DNA from: Verrucomicrobiota bacterium | Lineage (GTDB): Bacteria > Verrucomicrobiota > Verrucomicrobiia > Limisphaerales > JACQFS01 | NCBI GenBank assembly: GCA_016199935.1 | Contig: JACQFS010000170.1 | Coordinates: 143 to 64,142 of the forward strand | Reading direction: 5' to 3' | Length of the DNA: 64,000 nucleotides | In this document: positions 19,506 through 28,119 of the stretch, one piece after another | Position numbering within the stretch: the stretch's first letter is position 1 | Layout of the letters: the number at the start of each line of letters is the position of its first letter | Position numbers and translations under genes: made by a program | The notes under the pieces: model-generated | What the model was told of the DNA's origin: nothing | Databases searched by the model: none | Seen by the model: only the letters and a program-made list of their open reading frames with translations

Positions 19506-20600
19506 TTACAACTCGTCGTCTTCGGGCGGGTGCGCGAGGAACATTTTGAATTTCTTCTTGTCGAGCGCCCGGTCGAACGCGTCCTCCGGCGAGATGCGCT
19601 TCATGCGCAGGTGCTCCATGATCGAGTCGTCGAACGGCTGGTTGCCCAGCTTCTTGCCCACCTGGATCATGCCCGGGATCTGGTGCGTCTTGCCCTCGCG
19701 GATGAGGTTGGCGACGGCGGTGTTGATGACGAGAATCTCCAGGCCGGCCACGCGGCCCTTCTTGTCGATGCGCTTGAAAAGATTCTGCGCGATGACGCCC
19801 TTGAGCGCCTCGGAGAGCGTCTGCCGGATCTTGTTCTGCTGGTCGGCGGGGAACACGTCGATGATGCGGTCCACCGTCTTGGCCGCGCTCGCCGTGTGCA
19901 GCGTGCCGAACACGAGATGGCCCGTCGCCGCGGCGGTGATGGCGAGTTCGATGGTTTCCAAGTCGCGCATTTCGCCGACCATGATGATGTCCGGGTCTTC
20001 GCGCAGGGAGCCGCGCAACGCCGAGGCGAAGGACTTGGTGTGGACGCCGACCTCGCGGTGGTTCACGAGGCAGTTCTTCGACTCATGCACGAACTCGATC
20101 GGGTCCTCGACGGTGATGATGTGGTCCTTCCGATTCTTGTTCGCGTAATCCACCATCGCCGCGAGCGTGGTGGATTTGCCGGAGCCGGTCGGGCCGGTGC
20201 AGACGACCAGGCCGCGGTGCAGCATGGCGAACTTCTTGAGCACCGGCGGCAGGGGCGCGTCGAACTTTTCGAAATCCTCGAAGGAGAGCACCTTCGTCGG
20301 AATCTGGCGGAACACCGAGCCGATGCCGTTTTTCTGGTTGAAGAAGTTCACGCGGAAGCGCGCGAGGTTCGGGATTTCGTAGCCGAAGTCCACGTCGCCG
20401 GTTTCCTCGAAGATTTTGATCTTATACTCCGGCGTGATTTCGTAGAGCATCGCCTTGAGCGAGTCGTGCTCGAGCGCGGGGTAGTCAATGCGCTGCATCT
20501 CGCCGTTGATGCGCAACAGCGGCGGGTTGCCCGAGGCCATGTGAAGGTCCGACGCCTTCTGCTCGAACATCAGATTGAAGAACGAATCAATTCTAGCCAT
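19506..20600 (-). CDS. pilT: Type IV pilus twitching motility ATPase PilT
   Basis: ASDLH, GPTGSGKSTT, EDPIEF, REDPDIIMVGEMRD, AVANLIREGK. Confidence 0.93.
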   Translation of the reverse strand: MARIDSFFNLMFEQKASDLHMASGNPPLLRINGEMQRIDYPALEHDSLKAMLYEITPEYKIKIFEETGDVDFGYEIPNLARFRVNFFNQKNGIGSVFRQIPTKVLSFEDFEKFDAPLPPVLKKFAMLHRGLVVCTGPTGSGKSTTLAAMVDYANKNRKDHIITVEDPIEFVHESKNCLVNHREVGVHTKSFASALRGSLREDPDIIMVGEMRDLETIELAITAAATGHLVFGTLHTASAAKTVDRIIDVFPADQQNKIRQTLSEALKGVIAQNLFKRIDKKGRVAGLEILVINTAVANLIREGKTHQIPGMIQVGKKLGNQPFDDSIMEHLRMKRISPEDAFDRALDKKKFKMFLAHPPEDDEL

Positions 20601-20651
20601 AGGATTCGCAAAGTTGACTCACCCACGCCGGCGTGACCGGACCGTTGGCGA

Positions 20652-21806
20652 ATGCAGCCGTTGCACATGACCCTCCAAAAGCAAATCGCCCGCCAAGGCG
20701 CGATCCCCTTTGGGCACTTCATGGAGCTCGCCCTCTACTGTCCCGCTCTTGGATACTACGAGCGTGACACTGCCTCGACCGGGACCGTCGGCCGCGCCGG
20801 CGATTTCTTCACCTCCGTCAGCGTCGGCAGCGCCTTCGGTGAACTGCTCGCCCACCGCTTCGCCACGTGGCTCCGCGAGGCCGACGGGAGCGCGGAGCCG
20901 TCGGCTGAAAAAGGTGGGCGCCTCACCCTCGTCGAGGCCGGCGCGCATGACGGCCGGCTCGCCGCCGATGTCCTTACCGAACTTCAGTCCGCCCACGCCG
21001 ACCTTTTCGCGCGGCTGGAATACTGGATCGTCGAGCCGTCGGACGCGCGCCGCGTGTGGCAGCGCGAACGGCTCGCGCCCTTCGCCGGGCGAGTGCATTG
21101 GGCCGCCGGTTGGCCGGAACTGGCCGCGCGCGGCGTGCGTGGCGTCATCTTTTCCAATGAACTGCTCGACGCCTTTCCCGCGCGGCGAATCGGCTGGGAT
21201 GCGGCGCGCCGCGCGTGGTTCGAGTGGGGTGTCGCCACGCAGGACGGGCATTTCGTGTGGACCTGCCTGCCGCTGCGCGCGGGCGATGGCGACGCGTTTC
21301 CCTTCGCCGACTGCGGCCTGCCGCTCGACGCGCCGACGCGTGCCGCACTGCTCGACGTGCTGCCGGACGGCTACACCATCGAGGTGAATCCCCGCGCCGC
21401 CGCGTGGTGGCGCGAGGCCGCGCGGGCGCTGCGCGCCGGCGTGCTCGTGACGTTCGACTACGGCCTGCCCGCGGCCGAGTGGTTCCGGCCCGAGCGCCCG
21501 CGCGGCACCCTGCGCGCCTACCGCGACCATCGCGCGAGCGACGACCTCCTCGCCGCGCCGGGCGAACAGGACCTCACCGGCCACGTGAACTTCACCACGC
21601 TCCAGCAGGCGGGCGAGGCCGAGGGCCTCCGCACGGTCGCCTTCGAGACGCAGGAAAAATTCCTCGCCGACACGCTTGCCTCGCTCTCCGCCGCCGGCGC
21701 GCTGTCCCGCAACTGGACGGCTGCCCGCGCGCGCCAGTTGCAAACCTTGACACACCCGCAGCACCTCGGCCGCGCCTTCCGCGTCCTCGCCCAGTCCCGG
21801 CCGTGA
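20652..21806 (+). CDS. SAM-dependent methyltransferase, MidA/NDUFAF7 family
   Basis: FMELALY..GYY, GDFFTS, EAGAHDG, SNELLDAFP, DYG, QDLTGHVNF. Confidence 0.9.
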   Translation: MQPLHMTLQKQIARQGAIPFGHFMELALYCPALGYYERDTASTGTVGRAGDFFTSVSVGSAFGELLAHRFATWLREADGSAEPSAEKGGRLTLVEAGAHDGRLAADVLTELQSAHADLFARLEYWIVEPSDARRVWQRERLAPFAGRVHWAAGWPELAARGVRGVIFSNELLDAFPARRIGWDAARRAWFEWGVATQDGHFVWTCLPLRAGDGDAFPFADCGLPLDAPTRAALLDVLPDGYTIEVNPRAAAWWREAARALRAGVLVTFDYGLPAAEWFRPERPRGTLRAYRDHRASDDLLAAPGEQDLTGHVNFTTLQQAGEAEGLRTVAFETQEKFLADTLASLSAAGALSRNWTAARARQLQTLTHPQHLGRAFRVLAQSRP

Positions 21807-21818
21807 CGGGCGTTCCCC

Positions 21819-22146
21819 GGAGCGCGGCCTTTAGGCCGCTTCATCGTTCGGACGCCCACCGGCCGGTCGTTTCATCCCTGCCCGTCGAACGCTGAAGCGA
21901 CCTGAACCGGGACGATGCAGTTGGAAATGGGGAGCGCGGGCACCTCGCCCGCTGTTTCCGGGGAGCGCGGGCGCCCCGCCCGCTGTTTCCGGCGCCCTCG
22001 CCGGAAACTTCGGACGCCGCGAGCGTCCACCAAACCGTGACCGCTCCTCGCGCCCGGCCAACCGGCGAGGGCGCCGGTTGGCAACGCCCGGGGCGGGCGT
22101 GCTCCCCATTTCCTACTGCGTCGTTCCCGCTAAAGGCCGCGCTCCG
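21819..22146. repeat. Nested REP-like elements with a local tandem duplication
   Basis: Outer arms GGAGCGCGGCCTTTAG / CTAAAGGCCGCGCTCC; inner GGGGAGCGCGGGC..CGCCCGCTGTTTCC duplicated near 21929-21990. Confidence 0.55.
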
Positions 22147-22173
22147 CGCCTTTCCCCTTCTCAATCCTGCTCA

Positions 22174-22188
22174 TGGAACGCGCTTTGC
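22174..22188 (+). promoter_or_regulatory. Probable sigma-54 promoter
   Basis: TGGAAC-GCGCT-TTGC (one mismatch to consensus), 12 nt before ATG 22201. Confidence 0.55.
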
Positions 22189-22200
22189 TAATTAAGGGAG

Positions 22201-23187
22201 ATGAGTTCCGCGTTGGACCAACCCAGGACTGGGCGGGCCGTGAGCGGGTTCGTTCTCCTGATTACCTCAGAACGGGAGAATGGCCGCAAACTAACCGTCC
22301 GGCTTGCGCCCCCCATGATCGTGGGCCGCGCCCTCGAAGCGGACATCTCCCTCGCCGATCATCTCACCTCCCGCCGCCATGCCCAGCTCAGCGTCCACGG
22401 CGACCAGGTCGTCATCGAGGACCTCGAATCCACCAACGGCACCTTCGTCAACAGCCAGAAAATCCGCCGTGCCGTCGTTCGTCCCGGTGACCGCATCCTC
22501 ATCGGCGTCACCACCCTCGAACTTCAGACCCAGTCCCAGTCCATCACCCTCCCCTCCGGCCAGGCCGCGGCGCCCCGCGCCGGGGCCGCCCCCGCCCCCG
22601 TCCCCGGCAAGACCCTCGCCGTCACCACCATGGTGGACGCCGCCAAACTCATCAGCGGCTCCGTCAAGGAAATCCCCATCGCCGACCTCCTCCAGCTCCT
22701 CAACCACATGCGGAAAAGCGGCATCCTCATGATCCGCAACGCCAGCGACACCGGGAAAATCTACCTGCGCGAGGGGCAGATCTGCGGTGCCACCATCAAC
22801 GGCAGTTGCGCCGTCGAGCCGCGCCGCACCTTCTACCGCCTGCTCCGGTGGCAGAAGGGCTCCTTCGAGCTGCGCCCGGCCGAGGACGAGCCGTTGCGCG
22901 CCGACATTTCCGACGCCACCGATTCGCTGCTGCTCGAGGCCGCGTGGCAGCACGACGAACTCATCCAGTTGGAATCGCAGCTCCCGCCCTTTGAATCCCT
23001 CCTCGCCCTGGCCAACCCGCTCCCCGGCCCCCTGCGCGACCTGACCCAGAGCGAGATGGACATCTGCCAGCTCGTGATGGAGCACCGCACCCTGCTGGGC
23101 GTGATTGACCACTTTCCCGGCACCGACTTCGAGGCCTACAAGGACCTCATCCGCCTCATCCAGCGCAAATACGTGGTGGTGAGCTGA
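22201..23187 (+). CDS. FHA domain + DUF4388 protein
   Basis: FHA motifs VGR, SRRHA, DLESTNGTFVN; DUF4388-like ISGSVKEIPIADLLQLL..KSGIL..GKIYLREGQI..W..GSF. Confidence 0.88.
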   Translation: MSSALDQPRTGRAVSGFVLLITSERENGRKLTVRLAPPMIVGRALEADISLADHLTSRRHAQLSVHGDQVVIEDLESTNGTFVNSQKIRRAVVRPGDRILIGVTTLELQTQSQSITLPSGQAAAPRAGAAPAPVPGKTLAVTTMVDAAKLISGSVKEIPIADLLQLLNHMRKSGILMIRNASDTGKIYLREGQICGATINGSCAVEPRRTFYRLLRWQKGSFELRPAEDEPLRADISDATDSLLLEAAWQHDELIQLESQLPPFESLLALANPLPGPLRDLTQSEMDICQLVMEHRTLLGVIDHFPGTDFEAYKDLIRLIQRKYVVVS

Positions 23188-23277
23188 GGCGTGCGGGCGG
23201 GGCGGACGGGGAAAAGGGGCGGCGGGCTTCCGTAAAACTCGAACGCGGTTTTGCTTCGGGGAAAAGTTTCCTGCTCG

Positions 23278-23334
23278 CGCTAACGATCCAAGCTGAGCGG
23301 CCGCGGAGCCGTTCGCGGCAGCGCATGGTCAGGG
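23278..23334 (-). other. attC site (short, degenerate) ending cassette 2
   Basis: Minus strand CCCTGACCATGCGCTGCCGCG...GCTCAGCTTGGATCGTTAGCG; arms homologous to the attC at 23965; toxin stop codon lies in the inverse core. Confidence 0.7.
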
Positions 23335-23688
23335 GACGGTTCGTTCACCAGCGGCTTCCTGAAGGTAGCTGGCTAGACGACGCAGCAAACGGGTGTGCCG
23401 CTCGGATGAGATGGAGCCGATGTCGCCCAAGAATTCATCGGCAGGTAACAGCGCGAGAAAACCCAGGCGGATGAGTGATGTGCTCGTCAAGCCGCTCGAC
23501 GGAAAATCGGAGTCGGTCGGAGAAATAATCTCGTCGAAGTCGGCGACTTGGTGACGCAACTGGCGGCTGATGCCGCAAATGAGCAGGTCGCCAAACGGAC
23601 GCATCACCCGCAAAACGATTGCCGGTCGGTTCTTGGTCTTGCCGTCGGCCTGCTCGAACGCGGTGAGCACTACATCGCCCTCTTTCAT
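23329..23688 (-). CDS. PemK/MazF-family toxin
   Basis: MKEGDVVL..QADGKTKNRPAIVL..DLLICGIS..SGL..SLIR. Confidence 0.85.
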   Translation of the reverse strand: MKEGDVVLTAFEQADGKTKNRPAIVLRVMRPFGDLLICGISRQLRHQVADFDEIISPTDSDFPSSGLTSTSLIRLGFLALLPADEFLGDIGSISSERHTRLLRRLASYLQEAAGERTVP

Positions 23689-23915
23689 TTGGCGGCGGGC
23701 GTCCGCACCAGGCTCGCCGGATAATCTGGCTCGTCGTCCGAATACGCGCGCGCCAGACCCGCTTTGGAGAGCGCATACCACTGCTGCCGCTCGGCGTCGG
23801 ACAAGGTCTCGGGCAGAATCGTTACGAGCAGCCGGGCGTCGGCAGGTAGCACGAACGGCTCGTCGAGTTGGATGTGGTCGCCGTTGACGTGGGCGGTAAG
23901 AGTGACGGCCTTCAT
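23685..23915 (-). CDS. Putative antitoxin (76 aa)
   Basis: Upstream of the toxin with ATGA overlap; beta-rich N-terminus and acidic tail LARAYSDDEPDY. Confidence 0.75.
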   Translation of the reverse strand: MKAVTLTAHVNGDHIQLDEPFVLPADARLLVTILPETLSDAERQQWYALSKAGLARAYSDDEPDYPASLVRTPAAK

Positions 23916-23964
23916 GGGGGGCACTGTATTCGGTGGGCTCGTCGCGGGCAAGCACGTAAAGTCG

Positions 23965-24057
23965 GCCTAACGACCCAAGCTCAGCGACCCGGCACACGGG
24001 ACGCAACGATTGCAACCGCGACGCTCCCGCCGGGTTCGCTGCAGCGCATGGTTAGGC
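23965..24057 (-). other. attC site ending cassette 1
   Basis: 93-bp imperfect palindrome bounded by GCCTAAC and GTTAGGC (RYYYAAC/GTTRRRY). Confidence 0.9.
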
Positions 24058-24075
24058 CACGGTGTCGTCATAATC

Positions 24076-24246
24076 TCATCTCCCGTCTGAGCGCAATGCG
24101 ATGAGCATCCCAATGGCAGATGCCAGCATCACAACTGCATAAACTGTCTGCTTCACAGAAAACTGAAGGTAGATAAGCCCCCAAATCTTCAGGACACCGA
24201 GAAGCCCGAACACTATCACGCCGAAGATCAAGAGTGCCTTCTTCAT
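24076..24246 (-). CDS. Small two-TM cassette protein (56 aa)
   Basis: MKKALLIFGVIVFGLLG...; fills the space between the attI core and attC. Confidence 0.7.
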   Translation of the reverse strand: MKKALLIFGVIVFGLLGVLKIWGLIYLQFSVKQTVYAVVMLASAIGMLIALRSDGR

Positions 24247-24264
24247 GTCAAAGCGGGTCGAGTG

Positions 24265-24300
24265 GTCTAACAGGTATTCGACCGCATTTTGCAGTCTAGC
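24265..24300 (-). other. Putative attI site
   Basis: Minus-strand core GTTAGAC (24271-24265) with a GCTAGAC repeat upstream; GTTAGACCAC is 9/10 complementary to GTGGCCTAAC of the cassette 1 attC. Confidence 0.6.
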
Positions 24301-24378
24301 AAAGTGGGGGCTGGGGCGGTCATGCCGGCAGTTTATTGACGAAACAGGCCGTGTCGAGCAGGATTCCCGCTTCCCGGC

Positions 24379-24486
24379 ATGACTCAGGGCGAAAATATTG
24401 AACCGACAAAAACCGCACCGTTTGAACGGATGATTCCGAATCCGAAGGCGCGCTTGCAGGATCAGTTGCACGCCGCAGGCAGGTAG
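24379..24486 (+). pseudogene. intI: Truncated integron integrase N-terminus
   Basis: FERMIPNPKARLQDQLH resembles the start of integron integrases; divergent from the cassettes; cut by the repeat element at 24481. Confidence 0.6.
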
Positions 24487-24622
24487 GGACTCAGCCGCCG
24501 GCTGGTCCCCGTCGCCGAGCGCAGCGTCAGGCGACGGAATCCCCGGGCTCGCGGTCGCGCCCCCGGCCTCCGTTCCGCCCGCTGCACGCGGCCGGGGACC
24601 ACCCGGCGGGTCGTCCTTACCT
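24481..24622. repeat. REPIN-like element (GTAG-type ends), copy 1
   Basis: AGGTAGGGAC...GTCCTTACCT with terminal hairpins; inverted homolog at 26794-26934. Confidence 0.8.
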
Positions 24623-24710
24623 GCCCGTTCCCTCGCCGAAAAGTGTCCCAACGGGACATTCTGTCGTAAATCCCTCATTGCAAGCGGCTTAACATGTTAA
24701 TCACGCGCCT

Positions 24711-24962
24711 TTTCCCTCCTCGGAAGCGTCGTTTCCCTCCTCGGGAACGACGTTCCCGTCCACGGAGACCACGTTTCCGACCACGGGAACGACGTTTCCG
24801 AGGAGGAATGCGTCGTTTCCACGCCGGGAGTCGGCGGCTCCTTGGAGGGGCGCGCCGCTTCCCTGCGGAGCAGCGAGGCGTCCCTGCATGGAAACCGGGC
24901 TTGTCTGCGGGGTGGTCGCGTCACCTTGGAGGGAAGAGGCGCGACTGCGGAGGGTGACGCAG
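24711..24962. repeat. Degenerate 21-bp tandem array B, about 12 units
   Basis: TTTCCCTCCTCGGAAGCGTCG, TTTCCCTCCTCGGGAACGACG, TTTCCGACCACGGGAACGACG...; decays rightwards. Confidence 0.85.
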
Positions 24963-25034
24963 CGTTCGTGGTGGGAGGCTCCGGCTTGCTGTCCTCAGCG
25001 AGTCGCAAAACCATCTTCCGCGTTTGGTCGGCCC

Positions 25035-25168
25035 GCCCTCACCCCGGCCCTCTCCCGGGGGGAGAGGGAGAATCGTTCCGCAGCCGTGGAGGTTCCGAAC
25101 GCGTCCGGCCTTCGCCGAAGCTGAGTGCGTTTCCCCCTCTCCCGCCGGGAGAGGGCAGGGGTGAGGGC
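25035..25168. repeat. Inverted REP pair (CCCTCACCCCGGCCCTCTCCC family)
   Basis: Left arm with GGGAGAGGG hairpin and the complementary right arm. Confidence 0.7.
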
Positions 25169-25399
25169 GGAATTACCAAGGGCGTCCGGTCTGGTCGGGG
25201 TGCGCTGAGGACGGTGCCCCCTGCCTTCCCGCCCTGCACCCGGCCGGGCCGCGCGGCGCGCGGTGAACAACCTGTGAATACTTTCCAATAACTTTGCGTT
25301 GGCTTTTTTCCAGGCTTCGGGGAAAACGCTCCCGTTCACCGCACCCACAGGAGGAGCAGTGCATTCATCCCCAAACCAGCAACCAGTCCGGCCACGGCC

Positions 25400-26107
25400 A
25401 TGCAACTGTTTTACGACTCCGCGACGCCCGTTTTCTACGACGCGCCCACGAGCCATTACGACAGCGGTGCCGCGGAGCCGATCCTACGTAAAATGAAAAA
25501 AATAAAAGCTGACAGCCGCAACCTCCCCGTCCCGAACAAAGTCCTCAAGGGCCAGGAGGTCGCCGGCAAACTCGCGGCCAACGCGGCGCTCCCGCAAATG
25601 GCCGCCTTCTCCGCCACCCTCCTGACCGCCACGACGCTGATGGACAACGACTACAAGGCGGCCGTCGCCGCCGCCGACACCGCCAAGCAGCTCTTCAACG
25701 CCGCGCGCGTCTCCGAGTCGGCGTGGGACACGCTCTACGTGCAGGGCGCGGCGGACGTGAACAAATTCGGCACCACCGAGGCCGTCCGCCTCAGCAGCGG
25801 CTACCCGCTCGAATCCGACCGCACGCCCATCGGCCCGCTGCCCGCCCCGGCGAACTTCACCGTCACCTTCGGCGACATGCCGGGCACGCTCTCCTTCACC
25901 ATGGACCCGGTGAAGGGCGCCAAGACGTATCTGATCGAGCTCGCCACGGCGGCCACCGGCCCCTTCACGCAGGTGCTGGTCAGCACGTCGTCCGACGGCG
26001 TGGTGCCGGGCCTGACGAGCGGCACGGTTTATTATCTGCGCGCCAAGGCCGTCGGCGCCGCGGGCACCGGCGCGGCGAGCGACATCGCCATGAAGATGGC
26101 ACCCTAG
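25400..26107 (+). CDS. Helical-bundle + C-terminal fibronectin type III domain protein with aromatic leader
   Basis: Ala-rich helices, then PAPANF..GTLSFTMDPVKGAKTYLIE..GLTSGTVYYLRAKAVGAAGTG..SD (FN3 pattern); alternative start 25493. Confidence 0.85.
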   Translation: MQLFYDSATPVFYDAPTSHYDSGAAEPILRKMKKIKADSRNLPVPNKVLKGQEVAGKLAANAALPQMAAFSATLLTATTLMDNDYKAAVAAADTAKQLFNAARVSESAWDTLYVQGAADVNKFGTTEAVRLSSGYPLESDRTPIGPLPAPANFTVTFGDMPGTLSFTMDPVKGAKTYLIELATAATGPFTQVLVSTSSDGVVPGLTSGTVYYLRAKAVGAAGTGAASDIAMKMAP

Positions 26108-26380
26108 AATCCGGGCGGACCCAGCGGCCGGCGAGAATCCTCCCGCCGTCACCGCCGTCCGCCCTCCAAGGAGGCGGGACGGGACACCACGGTGCCGTGA
26201 AACAAAACCCCGCCCCACCAAACAGACGGAGCGCGGCACGTTGGCCGCGACGGGACTTGGAGAGGTCTTATGAATCTCCAGCCGGTATGAAATGAAGACC
26301 CGTCGGGCGTCCGCGCCCGCGCTCCGTCCCCTGACGAAACACTTTCCGCCTTACCTCTTACCGCCCACCCCTTGCCGCCT

Positions 26381-26794
26381 ATGCCCTTCGATCCCACCAA
26401 GCCCGCGACCGACGCCCCGCTGCTCTCCGCCGAACTGCGCGCGCAGTTCAACGGCCTGCGCGACGACCTCCACGCCGAAATCACCACCATCCCGCAGGGC
26501 CCACCCGGCAACGACGGCGCGGACGGCCTTCCCGGCGACAAGGGAGACAAAGGCGACAAGGGCGATTCCGGTGACAAAGGGGACAAGGGCGACCCGGGGA
26601 ACACTGGCGCGACCGGCGAGGTGACGACCGTGCAGTTGAACGAGGCGCTCAACACGGCCATCGCCGGCACGAGCAGCAACACGAACGCCGTGCCGACGCT
26701 GGACACGCCCTTCGTCAACGACCCGCCCACGCTCGCGGACATGGAACTGATGCGCGCGGCGTATAACGCGCTCGTGCTGGCGATGCGTCGGTAA
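26381..26794 (+). CDS. Collagen-like (Gly-X-Y) protein, copy 1
   Basis: About 14 GXY triplets (GDK-rich); termini homologous to 60679-61200. Confidence 0.85.
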   Translation: MPFDPTKPATDAPLLSAELRAQFNGLRDDLHAEITTIPQGPPGNDGADGLPGDKGDKGDKGDSGDKGDKGDPGNTGATGEVTTVQLNEALNTAIAGTSSNTNAVPTLDTPFVNDPPTLADMELMRAAYNALVLAMRR

Positions 26795-26934
26795 GGTAGG
26801 GACAACCCGCCGGGTTGTCCCCGCCCGCGTTCAGCAGCGGGCGGAACGGAGGGCGGGGGCTCACGGTGCGTCCCAATTCCGTCGCCTGACGCTCCGCTCG
26901 GCGACGGGGACGAGCCGGCGGCTCGTCCTTACCT
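26794..26934. repeat. REPIN-like element, copy 2 (inverted relative to copy 1)
   Basis: Reverse complement aligns along its length with 24481-24622. Confidence 0.8.
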
Positions 26935-27013
26935 CGGCGCGAGGTTGCCGCAAAAGAAAAAGCGCGGGCCCGAGGCCCGCGCTGGAAATACCGGGAGGGG
27001 TGACGACGCCGGC

Positions 27014-27945
27014 TCAGGCGACGGAGAGCTTGGCGAGGAGTTCGTCGTTGGTCTTGTGCTTCTTCAGCGCGGCCAGGAGCGTCTCCATCGCCTCGACGGG
27101 GTTGAGGTCCACCATGGTGCGGCGGAGTTTGCGGATGGCGTCGAGGTTCTTGGCGGCAAAAAGTTTCTCCTCCTTGCGCGTGCCGGACTTCGGGATGTCG
27201 ATGGCGGGGTAGATGCGGCGCTCGGCGAGTTTGCGGTCGAGGATGAGCTCCATGTTGCCGGTGCCCTTGAACTCCTGGAAGATGAGCTCGTCCATGCGGC
27301 TGCCGGTGTCCACCAGCGCGGTGGCGATGATGGTGAGGGAGCCGCCATTTTCGATCTTGCGGGCGGAGGCGAACATCTTGCGCGGAATCTCCAGGGCGCG
27401 CGCGTCCACGCCGCCGGTCATCGTGCGGCCGGAGCCGCCGTGGACGGAGTTGTAGGCGCGGGCGACGCGGGTGAGACGGCGTTGGCGAGCTGCTTGAGGA
27501 TGGTGGTCTTGCCGGTGCGCGGCGGCGCGACGATGATGCCGCGGGTGCCCTTGCCGATGGGGGTGACGAGGTCAATGACGCGGGTCTCGAGGACGTCGGG
27601 CGTGGTCTCGAGCTTGAACTTCTCGATGGGGTCAATGGTGACGAGGTTCTCGAAGCGGTTGGACTTGGTGTAGTCGTCGAAGGTCATCCCATTGACCGTG
27701 AGCACGGTCTTGAGCTGCGGGCTGGAGCCGCGGTGGGGCGGCTGGAGGGCGCCGGTGATGAGCGCGCCCTCGCGGAGGAAGCTCTTCTTGATGGTGTCGG
27801 GCGTGACAAAGATGTCGGCCGGCCGGGGCTGGAACTTGTGCTCCGGCGAGCGGAGGAAGCCGAAGCCCTTCTCGGAGATTTCAAGGAAACCGGAACCGCT
27901 GTCCGGGGTGGTCGCCGGGGGAGCGGCGTGAACGTGCTGACTCAT
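27014..27945 (-). pseudogene. rho: Transcription termination factor Rho, internal deletion with frameshift
   Basis: GFGFLR, Walker A APPRTGKTT, then a jump to [33 protein letters not shown] in another frame; junction near 27475. Confidence 0.88.
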
Positions 27946-28119
27946 AGTTTTGTTTGCCGTGGCGCGGCGCGGATTGCATCCCGCGTCGCGAACCTGAATT
28001 GTGATGTCTGGGAAACCGCGACCCTGAAAAAGCGCAGCAGAAACATACTGCGGTAGGGAGGAGCGGTTGAACCGTGCGCGGTTTGTTTAACCCAACGCCG
28101 CGTGATTGCAACTTCTATT

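Noticed and set aside
25400-26794. Prophage tail remnant explanation for the collagen and FN3 genes
   Set aside because: There are no capsid, terminase, baseplate or lysis genes near either copy. Kept as a non-phage module hypothesis.
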